Source of the DNA: a virus
Lineage: Duplodnaviria > Caudoviricetes
Direction: 5' to 3' (one strand)
DNA: 64,000 bases
IMG/VR virus record: IMGVR_UViG_3300042975_000100
Span: 1 to 64,000 of that record
Shown here: piece by piece, positions 1 to 9,500 of the stretch
How positions within the stretch are numbered: the stretch's first letter is position 1
How the letters are laid out: every line of letters begins with the position of its first letter
The notes under the pieces: generated by a model
Told to the model about the DNA's origin: nothing
Seen by the model: only the letters and a program-made list of their open reading frames with translations
The model's database searches: none
Position numbers and translations under genes: made by a program

Positions 1-657
1 GCAGCTGCTAAGAAGGTATATACAATCGCAATCTATAAAGAATCGATACTGAGTAGTATAGAATACTTTATAAGAGTTCATGAAAGCGATGAACTTTGAT
101 AGACTCTCTTGAGGGGGAATAGTTAACTGATCCACTATTTCATTATAATCGAATTTCTGAATAGTAGTTGGAAAAGCAGATAGCTGATCCATTACCACAT
201 TCATGATAGCTGTATTTACGATGACATTGTTATTTGTAGCGCTATTCTCCTCATTAGCTGTCTTGAAATACAGTCCTAAGAAAATGGATTTGTATACATC
301 CTTTTTATCAGGATTATCCGCATAATCGATTTCCTTGTTGTAATTGATATCATCTGTTATGAAGTAAGAATACTCTCCAGACCATGCGGTCTGTTGTGCT
401 GCGTCTTGTGTCTGAGTAGCTCCATCATCTTCTACATGAACTTTATTAGCATAGATAAAGATACTAGCAGTCTTAGCATTCATAATTACTTTATCCACAT
501 TATTCTTATCCAGAGTTAGTGAACAAACAATCTTACTGATATTCTCTTTATCGTAGTTATTGTCACGCATAAAGGTTTTGAAGTTTTCTTGCTTGATATC
601 AAATGTATCATTACCATTCTTCCATTGAGCGGTTATGATATATTTACATCTGTACAC
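1..657 (-). CDS. Hypothetical protein, probably virion/tail-associated; runs off the left edge
   Basis: Not in the ORF track. GGAGGTG RBS, then GTG at 657, open to position 1 (MYRCKYIITAQWKNGNDTFDIKQENFKTFMRDNNYDKENISKIVCSLTLDK...). Confidence 0.75.
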   Translation of the reverse strand, partial: MYRCKYIITAQWKNGNDTFDIKQENFKTFMRDNNYDKENISKIVCSLTLDKNNVDKVIMNAKTASIFIYANKVHVEDDGATQTQDAAQQTAWSGEYSYFITDDINYNKEIDYADNPDKKDVYKSIFLGLYFKTANEENSATNNNVIVNTAIMNVVMDQLSAFPTTIQKFDYNEIVDQLTIPPQESLSKFIAFMNSYKVFYTTQYRFFIDCDCIYLLSSC

Positions 658-683
658 ATTTTACACCTCCATTACAAAAAATA

Positions 684-712
684 AAAGGTAATAGCATAAT
701 GCTATTACCTTT
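684..712. terminator. Intrinsic terminator hairpin
   Basis: AAAGGTAATAGC-ataat-GCTATTACCTTT, with a T-run on the minus strand, just downstream of 718..1785. Confidence 0.7.
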
Positions 713-717
713 GTGTT

Positions 718-1785
718 TCAGACGCCTTCGAAGTTGATTGGATAATGGGTAAAGTATCTCCCATTAATGTATTTCATAGCATCAGGATCTTCAAGCTGTG
801 TGAGGAATGCATTCTCAGTAGCTTCAGGCGTATGCTGATATATAGCAAGCTGTGTGTTAATATCAATCGCCATGAATCTATTGTAAAACGCCTCATACGA
901 CAATAGCCTTTGATTCTTAGCTTTACATTTCTCGCTTAAGAAGCGATAAGTCCCTTCAATATTGCCAATCATTTCTTTTGGCATATCTGATAAAAGATTT
1001 ACCGATGTTACAATATCCTTACTACTGATCACATTCTTTTTAGGAATGCCACTCAGTACCATGATAGTTGAAATAAGCTTAGGATAAACAGGATGGTCTA
1101 TCACTATCTTACGTGTCTCATGGGCAAATGCATTAATAGCATTTACAAAATTGTAAGAATACGCAATCGTAGCTTTTTTCTTAGCATTGTACTTACGTCT
1201 GAATACAACAGTATCTTCGCAGTTTGCCGGCAAGCAATACATATACTCAGATGAAGATATCACTACATTAGGGAATTGCTGAAATAATGGAATCGTAGTT
1301 ATAAGATTCTTTATTATGACAGCGGGTTCCACCGTTCCAAACTTGAAATACACATCAGGCATATATGGAACAAGCATCTTTACAAACTCTAATGCCCGAT
1401 CTACTTTATCACCTATCTCACTGTTAGATAATACACGATCTCTATACTTAGAATTATACTCTGGGCAGTATCTTGAGATATTGATAGAGGTCATATTTGA
1501 ATAAACAAATATAATCTGTGTCGTTACCCTATGACGAGTCCAAAAGTATTTTCTATAGTGCGATACCATGTTTAAAATACACGATGAGATAAGCTCTATA
1601 GCATGACTAGTATTCAAATGCCGATATAGAGGAAGCAAAGCTTCATATAAGTCAATGAATACATTTACATGCTCAGCGCTAGACCCTTCAAATTCCAAAC
1701 CTACCAATGTGTTCAGATGTTCATAGCGAATATACTGTCCGTACATAACTTGATCTAAAGGCATATCCTGATCATATCGCTGCAT
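718..1785 (-). CDS. FEN/T4 RNase H-like (5'-3' exonuclease fold) protein, apparently degenerate
   Basis: The order NVFIDL...VEPAVII...VVISSSEYMYCL...VLSGIPKKNV parallels the T4 RNase H/FEN motifs ID...EADD...ISSDGDF...KGDKKDN, but most acidic residues are missing. AAGGAGG RBS. Confidence 0.45.
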   Translation of the reverse strand: MQRYDQDMPLDQVMYGQYIRYEHLNTLVGLEFEGSSAEHVNVFIDLYEALLPLYRHLNTSHAIELISSCILNMVSHYRKYFWTRHRVTTQIIFVYSNMTSINISRYCPEYNSKYRDRVLSNSEIGDKVDRALEFVKMLVPYMPDVYFKFGTVEPAVIIKNLITTIPLFQQFPNVVISSSEYMYCLPANCEDTVVFRRKYNAKKKATIAYSYNFVNAINAFAHETRKIVIDHPVYPKLISTIMVLSGIPKKNVISSKDIVTSVNLLSDMPKEMIGNIEGTYRFLSEKCKAKNQRLLSYEAFYNRFMAIDINTQLAIYQHTPEATENAFLTQLEDPDAMKYINGRYFTHYPINFEGV

Positions 1786-1797
1786 CTGTAATCCTCC

Positions 1798-2223
1798 TTA
1801 CATTGGGCATTTGCTACAATGGTAGCATCTCTCTAACTTACTGTGATGCTCAGGCTGAGCTAAGTCATAAAGATTATCAAGGCACTCCTGACATAATCCG
1901 CTGAATATCCAGTTAGTAGGTGACTCTATAAGTTTACCACAAGCTTTACATGCAACTGGCAATACTTCTGCCTTTTGCATACGTTTGATACACGATTGAC
2001 AGAAATGAGCTTTCATCTCTTTAGGGTCAATGCAATCTACTTCACCACAGATGATGCATTTAAAGAAATGAAGTTTTGCAGTTTGAGGCATACCATCATA
2101 CTTGCAATTTTCAAAGATACACCTACCTGCAATATCTTTATGCTTACAATCTGCTGTCGGATGTTTACACATCTCAAACTGGGGATACGGAGCAGCCCCA
2201 GTGTCTCCCTCCATCTTAGCCAT
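1798..2223 (-). CDS. Cys-rich multi zinc-finger protein
   Basis: Several CxxC pairs (CIIC, CQSC, CKAC, CQEC, CYHC/CSKC); tightly packed in an operon. Confidence 0.7.
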   Translation of the reverse strand: MAKMEGDTGAAPYPQFEMCKHPTADCKHKDIAGRCIFENCKYDGMPQTAKLHFFKCIICGEVDCIDPKEMKAHFCQSCIKRMQKAEVLPVACKACGKLIESPTNWIFSGLCQECLDNLYDLAQPEHHSKLERCYHCSKCPM

Positions 2224-2226
2224 AGC

Positions 2227-2613
2227 TTACACCAGCTCTTTCGGATCATAGAATTTTGTGTCACTTGGAACTTCTTTGATCTTCTTTACCTTCTTGGGTC
2301 CAATTACATGAGACAATGCACTCATGAAATCATCACGCTTCTGTAATGACTCAATGCACTGCTCTGTATCTCCATACCCATTGTCGATCAAAGATTTGGT
2401 AAGATTATGCGGGCCATCATCAGTGAGGAACGTTACTCCCTTAGATGCTTTCTCGCTATCTACATCAACAAACCATTTACGAATCTCGAGTTTCTCTTTG
2501 CCGCTACCCCATGCGAGTTTACGCATCATGATAACAGCATTTCCACGCTCATCTACAACTTCATCAATATCTCCTACCGTGTAGCTGTAGTCTTTCTCTG
2601 CACCATAAGCCAT
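2227..2613 (-). CDS. PC4/YdbC-like ssDNA-binding protein
   Basis: RKLAWGSGKEKLEIRKW...EKASKGVTF matches the YdbC/PC4 signature (W-N/G...K-x-D/E-I-R-x-W...K-G-I/V-T). AGGAGG RBS. Confidence 0.7.
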   Translation of the reverse strand: MAYGAEKDYSYTVGDIDEVVDERGNAVIMMRKLAWGSGKEKLEIRKWFVDVDSEKASKGVTFLTDDGPHNLTKSLIDNGYGDTEQCIESLQKRDDFMSALSHVIGPKKVKKIKEVPSDTKFYDPKELV

Positions 2614-2646
2614 TATAGTTTCCTCCTAAATTTAAAAAATAAATAA

Positions 2647-2669
2647 GGAGTAGCGTTATCCGCTACTCC
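2647..2669. terminator. Intrinsic terminator hairpin
   Basis: GGAGTAGCG-ttatc-CGCTACTCC followed by a T-rich tract on the minus strand. Confidence 0.7.
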
Positions 2670-2697
2670 CATATTTACTTCTCTTCTACTCTTAACG

Positions 2698-3513
2698 TTA
2701 ACGACGAACGTTGCTGAAGCCCATGCTATTGCTAACCGGAGCTCCGATGATCGTTGCATTCGCCTTGATCGAAGATTCTTCGTCGATCTGGATGATCTCG
2801 AAGGCGTAGTTATTTGCATAACCAGCCTGAACCTGACCCTGCTGCATCTGCAGTTCCGGAACCATGCCCAGAGCACGCTGAACAGTGATCATGTAAGATA
2901 CATGATTGCCCTCCTCCGTCTTGCTTCCATAGAAGCGATTGACGAAGTTAACAATGTCCACATTCACCTTGAATGCGATCTGCGGGCTCGGGTTACCGAA
3001 TACAGTGCCGAGGCAGATTTCCTGAGAAGCAGCACCCCAATTGATCTTCGGGATGTTACGCTCATGATCAAAGCCATTGCGGAAGTTCGGACCCACGAAC
3101 GGAGTCAGAGCCTCTTTAGCTTCCTGCGTCAGGCGATAGCGCGTGGACGTAGTTTTTGCACCATTCCAACGTGCGATCTTCGCCATCATATCGCCACCCT
3201 TGTTCGGAGCGATTGTCGACTCGAGTGCAACGAGTTTCTTCGTTTTCTCAGCTGCATACGTGTCCAGCGGCGTGAATGCAATTTCTGCAACGATTACGCC
3301 GTTGTTGTTTACGTTGATGCGGGAACCCATGTAATCCGCAAACGCAAACGTAGAACCAAATACCTCATCGATCATGTCGGTGAGCTGTTTGGTGTTGATC
3401 AACGAAACTGCGTGAGTCATTTCAAACTTACGCGGCTGAATGTTGATCGTGCATACCCCCGTGTTTTTCTCCTCGTTGTTGACCTTCTGATTGTTGTTTT
3501 TCTGATTCATCAT
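2698..3513 (-). CDS. Hypothetical protein, probably highly expressed and early
   Basis: Strong codon bias, AAGGAGG RBS, TATATTAT motif upstream at 3610-3617. Confidence 0.8.
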   Translation of the reverse strand: MMNQKNNNQKVNNEEKNTGVCTINIQPRKFEMTHAVSLINTKQLTDMIDEVFGSTFAFADYMGSRINVNNNGVIVAEIAFTPLDTYAAEKTKKLVALESTIAPNKGGDMMAKIARWNGAKTTSTRYRLTQEAKEALTPFVGPNFRNGFDHERNIPKINWGAASQEICLGTVFGNPSPQIAFKVNVDIVNFVNRFYGSKTEEGNHVSYMITVQRALGMVPELQMQQGQVQAGYANNYAFEIIQIDEESSIKANATIIGAPVSNSMGFSNVRR

Positions 3514-3609
3514 TAGTGAATCCTCCTTTAATTTATTCTATAAAAGCCAATCCCTAGTTCTCTCCTGGGGAGCTAGGTAACTGCTATCATAGCTACGTTT
3601 ATCATATCT

Positions 3610-3617
3610 ATAATATA
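3610..3617 (-). promoter_or_regulatory. Early promoter motif TATATTAT (representative copy)
   Basis: Also at 4606(-), 8956(-), 15477(+), 18781(+), 23843(+), 27429(+), 31830(+), 37319(-), 39113(-), 42711(-), 46066(-), 46111(-) and 47183(+), nearly always just upstream of an RBS/start on the same strand. Resembles the early promoter consensus of AR9 and phiKZ. Confidence 0.8.
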
Positions 3618-3635
3618 TGATCATTTAACCGTTTA

Positions 3636-4535
3636 TCAACGGCTAAATTTAGCGATCTCCTCGTCACTCAAATGTTGAGGCTTTATAAATTCACCTTTCT
3701 GATACTGTACAACGTAAACGCTGCCACTATCATCTCTGATGAGCATAAAGTCTGTAATGATTTTGGAGAAGTCTAAATCATACCAATATGGGATAACTTC
3801 TACTTCAAGCATGTAGTGAGAAATCTTATCCTGAAGGAAATATAACTGAGTAAGGGAAAGACCTTCTCTTCCAATATCATCAGTCATTACCAAACCAGGC
3901 ATCGAAGTGATCTCAAACATACTATCGAACATATCCCAGAATGAATGTCTCTCAAACAGTTCCTTAAGGGAACTGCAGAAATCATCATTCTTTTTAAACT
4001 TTTGTTTCGTATCCAGTAAAATCTTATTGGCTGCAGCCTCAGCACTGGATGCGATATCGAGAATACTATCAATTGTATCATCGCGATAAATAGAAATATT
4101 ATAAGACTTGATAAGTTTATCAAAGCCTTTAGCATCATCGTAGCTTACATAACTCGGACAATTATCTCTTGAAAGAGCTACACCGAATCTTTTAATACCA
4201 GAAAAGCTCTGGTAATACGGATTGACGATATTCTGTCGGCACATCGCATAATCTGTATTCTCAGATGCCCTGCCGATCATAGCAACTACATCTTTTAATG
4301 CATTATGTTTTCCTACCTGCACGATGGCGATAATGAATACGCCATGTGGGTTAAGAGGACGATATTCTTTGATTTCTTCTACTGAGTATTCACGACGCGT
4401 ATCAGGTTCGCCGTCCATTTGTGCAATCATTACTTTATCTGATTTACGACGAATAACTCGGATTACTTCGACTTCATTGTCGTTAATGGCTTTATAAAGT
4501 TTAAGCCCGTTATAGTTTGCTTGTCTTTTTGGCAT
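3636..4535 (-). CDS. Hypothetical protein
   Basis: 299 aa, AAGGAG RBS, early motif at 4606-4613. Confidence 0.8.
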   Translation of the reverse strand: MPKRQANYNGLKLYKAINDNEVEVIRVIRRKSDKVMIAQMDGEPDTRREYSVEEIKEYRPLNPHGVFIIAIVQVGKHNALKDVVAMIGRASENTDYAMCRQNIVNPYYQSFSGIKRFGVALSRDNCPSYVSYDDAKGFDKLIKSYNISIYRDDTIDSILDIASSAEAAANKILLDTKQKFKKNDDFCSSLKELFERHSFWDMFDSMFEITSMPGLVMTDDIGREGLSLTQLYFLQDKISHYMLEVEVIPYWYDLDFSKIITDFMLIRDDSGSVYVVQYQKGEFIKPQHLSDEEIAKFSR

Positions 4536-4670
4536 TGCTCATATCTCCTTTTTAGTTGTAAAAATTATTAAGTAGTATAGCATAGAATAATTTATTACCA
4601 ATATTATAATATATAAGTAAAGGAGTTTATTCCTTGCTCCTTTACATTTTATACTTCTATAGTATCATAC

Positions 4671-4717
4671 ACACAGATATTCCCTCTACCCCATATAGGT
4701 AGAGGGATATTCTGTGT
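4671..4717. repeat. Dispersed palindrome family TCCCTCTACC-loop-GGTAGAGGGA (copy 1)
   Basis: Near-identical stems at about 14865, 46148 and 62700, and a covariant copy at about 54821. Confidence 0.8.
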
Positions 4718-4721
4718 TTTA

Positions 4722-6575
4722 TTACTTGATTCCGATTATTCTTTTAAAAAGATCGATAGTGTAAAGTAACGTACTTCTACGAATCTTTACTCTATCATCG
4801 GAGAATGGACTATCCTGATATTCCTTAAGCATATCAAAGTTTCTATCATATTTCTGTACGATAGCCATATACTTTGTAATATCATTGATAATCTTTGCCC
4901 TAGCTTTATGATAATCCTGTATCTTCTTTTTACTACGTTCCTGATGGATTTTCTCCTCAAGAATCGTATTCAGATACCAAAGTTTGCAAAGGCAATATTT
5001 CATTCCTTCTACGTTCTTTGCTTTCTCATATTGTTTAAGAGCAAGATGTGTTGTAGAATACTCAGCTTCAAAGTCTACATCGAGACCCTTATCTATAAGA
5101 AGGTTTCCATCATCATCAAACTGAATAGGCCATTCTTTTGCTTCCATGATGCATGAGAATGAATCTATCAAAGAATTCTCGGTCTTAGGAGCATTAGACT
5201 TGGAAAGAGAATCGATATAACTCAATACCTTTGCTGCCGAATACTTCTTAGGAGATCCATAGAATACTTTGTAGATGAATGCCTGATACTTCTTTTTCTT
5301 TACAGCTCTATTCAAACTTCCAGGGGATACCATGTTAGAACCGATCTTAGTGATATCCACATCTGCAAGTTTAAGCATGCTATCTACAAACTGAGAGCAT
5401 ACCATCTTTACATTATCAACGTAATTGATATTGAGAGGTATAGTAATCAGATTGATAAGAGAGTAATCGGCATGTGATTCTTTCAGCTTTTCTATTTTCT
5501 GCTTAAGTTTATTGTATCTTTCCTTAGATACAAATACAGCATACACCTGAATAGCTTTATCAGAGGTACGGTCTTTCAATGACTGTGCCTGAAACCCACC
5601 CGGGAAAGAGAAACTGTACAGTGTTTTCATAGATGCATCGAATGACAAAGCTGAATGTGAGTACACTGACTTAGTAGCAATTCTAGTCAATTTATTGAAA
5701 AATGTCTCAGAATTGAAGAAAACTACGTATAGTGGGTACACATCAAGGGAAGTCTCTGTAAACGCGTTTTTCGCATTTTTGACACTCTCAGATACATCCA
5801 AAATGGTGTAATTAGAAACTGATTCTGAGATGATCTTGCTAACTCTTTTGCTGGCAAAGCGTTTAGTAGATTCATTATATTGTATTTCTGGATTCCATCC
5901 TAGATCAAGTATAGATTGCTTAACAGCATCTACATCTTTCTTATCAGAAGTCTTAGAAAGTTTCATATACAGTTTCTTTAAAGTATTATCCCAATCGGTG
6001 TATCTGGACATGGTAGATCCAAATCCATTCAGCCTATTGCAATAATGCTTATACCATTCCGCTGCATCCAAGTCAGTTTTGAATGCCTCTTTAGAGTACA
6101 TAGGATTTTCACTCAAGTATGACACTCCAAGGTGCTCCATTTCGTTAGATGTGAAGTAAGGAGTGCCGAGAAATCTTACAGAATTATCGGCATCGACCCT
6201 ATCAACTATATCTTCTGTAGCACATTCAGAAAGATACTTACTACGAATATCAATAGGTTTCATAAGAGCTGCCGACTCAAGAGCCGGGCTGTATCTCTTA
6301 TCAAACAAACTATCATTGATATCGTTCTTTAAGAATTCATGCGCCATTTTCTCATAGCGAGTTCTGTTATCAAAGTTAAATAACTCTATCGATTTCCAGT
6401 CAGATTCATGCTGAAAATCTATAGGCATTTCTTGATATGAATTGAAGTCCTGCTTAAGCGATTTGAAATCTGGATACTTACTATACAGAAGAATCTTATT
6501 GTTACCAATACGCCATTTCTTAACTTCTCTATCGCCAAGCTCTACATGCTTGATTTCTTCATCAATGTTTAACAT
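4722..6575 (-). CDS. Probable virion protein carrying a permuted papain-like (NlpC/P60, YiiX/YebB-type) domain
   Basis: Likely start is ATG 6575, overlapping the upstream stop. His precedes Cys: KSVYSHSALSFD...ADYS...KMVCSQFVDSML (about 5200-5750). Candidate cleavage motifs ALES, ISES, VSES, FTET, IMEA. Confidence 0.7.
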   Translation of the reverse strand: MLNIDEEIKHVELGDREVKKWRIGNNKILLYSKYPDFKSLKQDFNSYQEMPIDFQHESDWKSIELFNFDNRTRYEKMAHEFLKNDINDSLFDKRYSPALESAALMKPIDIRSKYLSECATEDIVDRVDADNSVRFLGTPYFTSNEMEHLGVSYLSENPMYSKEAFKTDLDAAEWYKHYCNRLNGFGSTMSRYTDWDNTLKKLYMKLSKTSDKKDVDAVKQSILDLGWNPEIQYNESTKRFASKRVSKIISESVSNYTILDVSESVKNAKNAFTETSLDVYPLYVVFFNSETFFNKLTRIATKSVYSHSALSFDASMKTLYSFSFPGGFQAQSLKDRTSDKAIQVYAVFVSKERYNKLKQKIEKLKESHADYSLINLITIPLNINYVDNVKMVCSQFVDSMLKLADVDITKIGSNMVSPGSLNRAVKKKKYQAFIYKVFYGSPKKYSAAKVLSYIDSLSKSNAPKTENSLIDSFSCIMEAKEWPIQFDDDGNLLIDKGLDVDFEAEYSTTHLALKQYEKAKNVEGMKYCLCKLWYLNTILEEKIHQERSKKKIQDYHKARAKIINDITKYMAIVQKYDRNFDMLKEYQDSPFSDDRVKIRRSTLLYTIDLFKRIIGIK

Positions 6576-9500
6576 TTTTCTTAGCCACCACCTTAGCTGG
6601 AATATCTTTGATCCTCTGGTAATATGCTGTACGCATTCCAGTCTTTGCGTTCTTAGCATAGACACCATACTGATTCTCCATCACTACGACATCTTTCAAT
6701 CCTTCAGTGATAGCATCTGCTTCTTTAATCATATGAGGATTAGTAAGAGGGAATTCATGATCTTTCTTACCCTTAATAGACTTAAGCTGCTCAGCTACAG
6801 TCTGTAGATATGAGGTAGCTTCAGATCCAATATCAATTGGAGATACCTCTGTGCATGATTCATCACAAAGAATCTGATCATCTGATAACAGCTTCTTTCC
6901 AGTAAGGGCTTCATATATGAATCCTCTAGGCTGAACTGTTCCTATAGCATTTTCGATAATACGTAATCCTTCTGGATCTGATCTGAATTGGAATACACGA
7001 AGCTTTCTTCCTTTTAAGAACTCCTCTGTATTTTCTTTCTTCACCATACCAGATTTATCTTGCGTAAGAATATTCTTAGTCAGGATATCATTGGAGACAG
7101 CATAGCCCTCTACATTCATATCCATGATACCAGTTCCAGTATCACGATGAACAGGACCATATTGGGTTACATATGATAAGTCTGGTGCAGGTGTCATCCC
7201 ACCAGGGCCTGCAAACTCATTCAAGTCCATATCTACTCCTTCCCGAATAGCATCCCGATGATTGAAGTAGAAGTCAATTGCTTCTTCATGTTCCGCTCTC
7301 CAATCAATGGTATCCACTCCAACATATTTTGCCTTCTGATAGAAGTCATCTTTATCAACGTCTTCAATATGACCAGTAAACTTCTTATCATATTCTGCTA
7401 CGAATATGAATGTAAGACTGCCTTCGTATTTCAATCCCAGTGGCCAAAGTTTCTTCTTTTGCCATTCAGGATATTTTCCTTCATAATTCTGGAAGTAAGT
7501 CATTCCAGTATATGATCTATTCTTAGTTACGACTAAGGCCTCTTCATTGCATTCAGCCTCAGCTTGCTCATCTAATGCTCTGCCTTTATCTAATCCACCA
7601 CCAGGAAGTTTATAGTTGGTTCCATACTTGTTAAGATTCTTAGGATCTTGCATTTCTACAAGTACATCCCCATGCTTATCGAATATAAGAGTTTCTACTC
7701 TTACACGATACTGCTTGTTGTCATACATGATATAAGGATTATCTATACCTTCAGCAGACTTAATATATTTGATATCTTTCGGCTTAGGAATAGGAACTAA
7801 ATTTGCTTCCATTGCGATAGAATCTCTGTAGGTATTCATAGGTGGAACAGGCATAGGAATAAGTTCCATCCACTCTGTATCCATATTATATGCAACTAAG
7901 AATATCTTCTCTATCTCATCCTCACCAAAGAGAATCAGATAAGATAACCAAAGATCTTTAGCCATCTTGATATGCATAATACCAGAGTAGGTAAAGAGTT
8001 TATCTCTCATAGTATCTACTAACCCATTACCGGTAGCCATAGATTGAATATAGTTACAAAGCTGATTAGCATTGTATCTCTTATCTGCATCAGTATCTTT
8101 AGGATTGAAGATGATAAGGAACTCATATTCCTTTCCAGCTTTTTCATAGAAAGAAGCCGTAGCCTTACCGATGATACTAAAGAATTTCTCGCTAGGATCG
8201 AACCATTCTTTGAATCTATCCTTTCCAGCACATGCCAGATTAGCAAGAAGAATCTCAGCCCCTTCAGACTTTGGAGAGATAAAGTAGTTTATACGTTCTT
8301 TATGTTCTACTCCTACAGATTCTATCAATGATTCATAGTTAGGATCTGTGCTATGATATTCTCCTTCATAAGTAGATACTGATTCCTGCATACCAACGTT
8401 ATCTATAACGATGGTTCCAGTGTCATATATGTGATTCATGTATTTAACGGTCGTAAGGCCAAATTTTCTAGATGGTTTATACTTCATAAGAAGATTTGGC
8501 ATCTTTTCTTCATTAAGTTTACTTACGTATACAGCTATCATATCTTGCTCATTGTCAAAACAATGAACTCCTTTAAAGCTATACCATGAAGATTCTACCA
8601 CGTAAACTTTATTACCTTTCATACATGCTACCCATGTATGTGTAGGATTAACTCCATCATCACTATTGAATTGATGATAGTATAATGAATATTTACCATT
8701 GCTTAAATCTGCAGTGGTATTTTTATATCCCATTTTCTCTAGATACTTAGCTTCATAGTCTGCATAATCCCAGCATATACCATATCCAAGCTTTTCAAAT
8801 TCAGCCGGAGACTTAGTTTTATAATCTTTAAAGTAGTCATCCCTCTCTTCATAAGAGAAGTTTGCCTCTAAGTTATTATATAACCTTACCAATTCCTTAG
8901 GGCCTTTGACAGGTTTTGCATTTTCTAATACCATATTATTATCACCTCTATAATTATAATATATAGGTGAAAGGTTAGTTGACTCTCCTTCATAAGTAGA
9001 TACCGAGTCATCGAGTTCTCCAGATTCCATCATAGAATCATTCGTCCTATTAAACCAATCTGATGCAGCATATATCAACTTAGCTTTTATAGACTTTGGA
9101 AGGTGCGTTAGCTTTTCCTTCAAGTTGTCGTACATATCGTTATGCATCTCAGGATTTGGAGAATCGTATTTGCAAATAAGAGATGGCATATACTTAGATT
9201 TGAACATCATATCATCTCTAAATATCTTTTTATCTCCATAGAATTTATCATAGATTGGATACTCCTTGGTATCCTGGATAGCTGCAAAATATTTAATATC
9301 ACATAAATCATTGTCGCTAGCTTTTCCTATGATATTCTTTACACTCATAACATGCTTCTTCATCATCTTAAGTTGTTCATTTCTTACATCTTCAGGCTTA
9401 GAGTATGGGCCCTTCATTCCATAAGAACGTTTCCCTTGATAATTAAAAACATAGTACAATCCATCTTTTTCTTTATAGATGCACATAAAGTGCTGGAACA

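Noticed and set aside
2902-3516. 204-aa antisense ORF, and similar shadows at 12498, 13555, 29421, 57919 and 62951
   Set aside because: They overlap well-supported, codon-biased genes on the opposite strand and lack expression signals.
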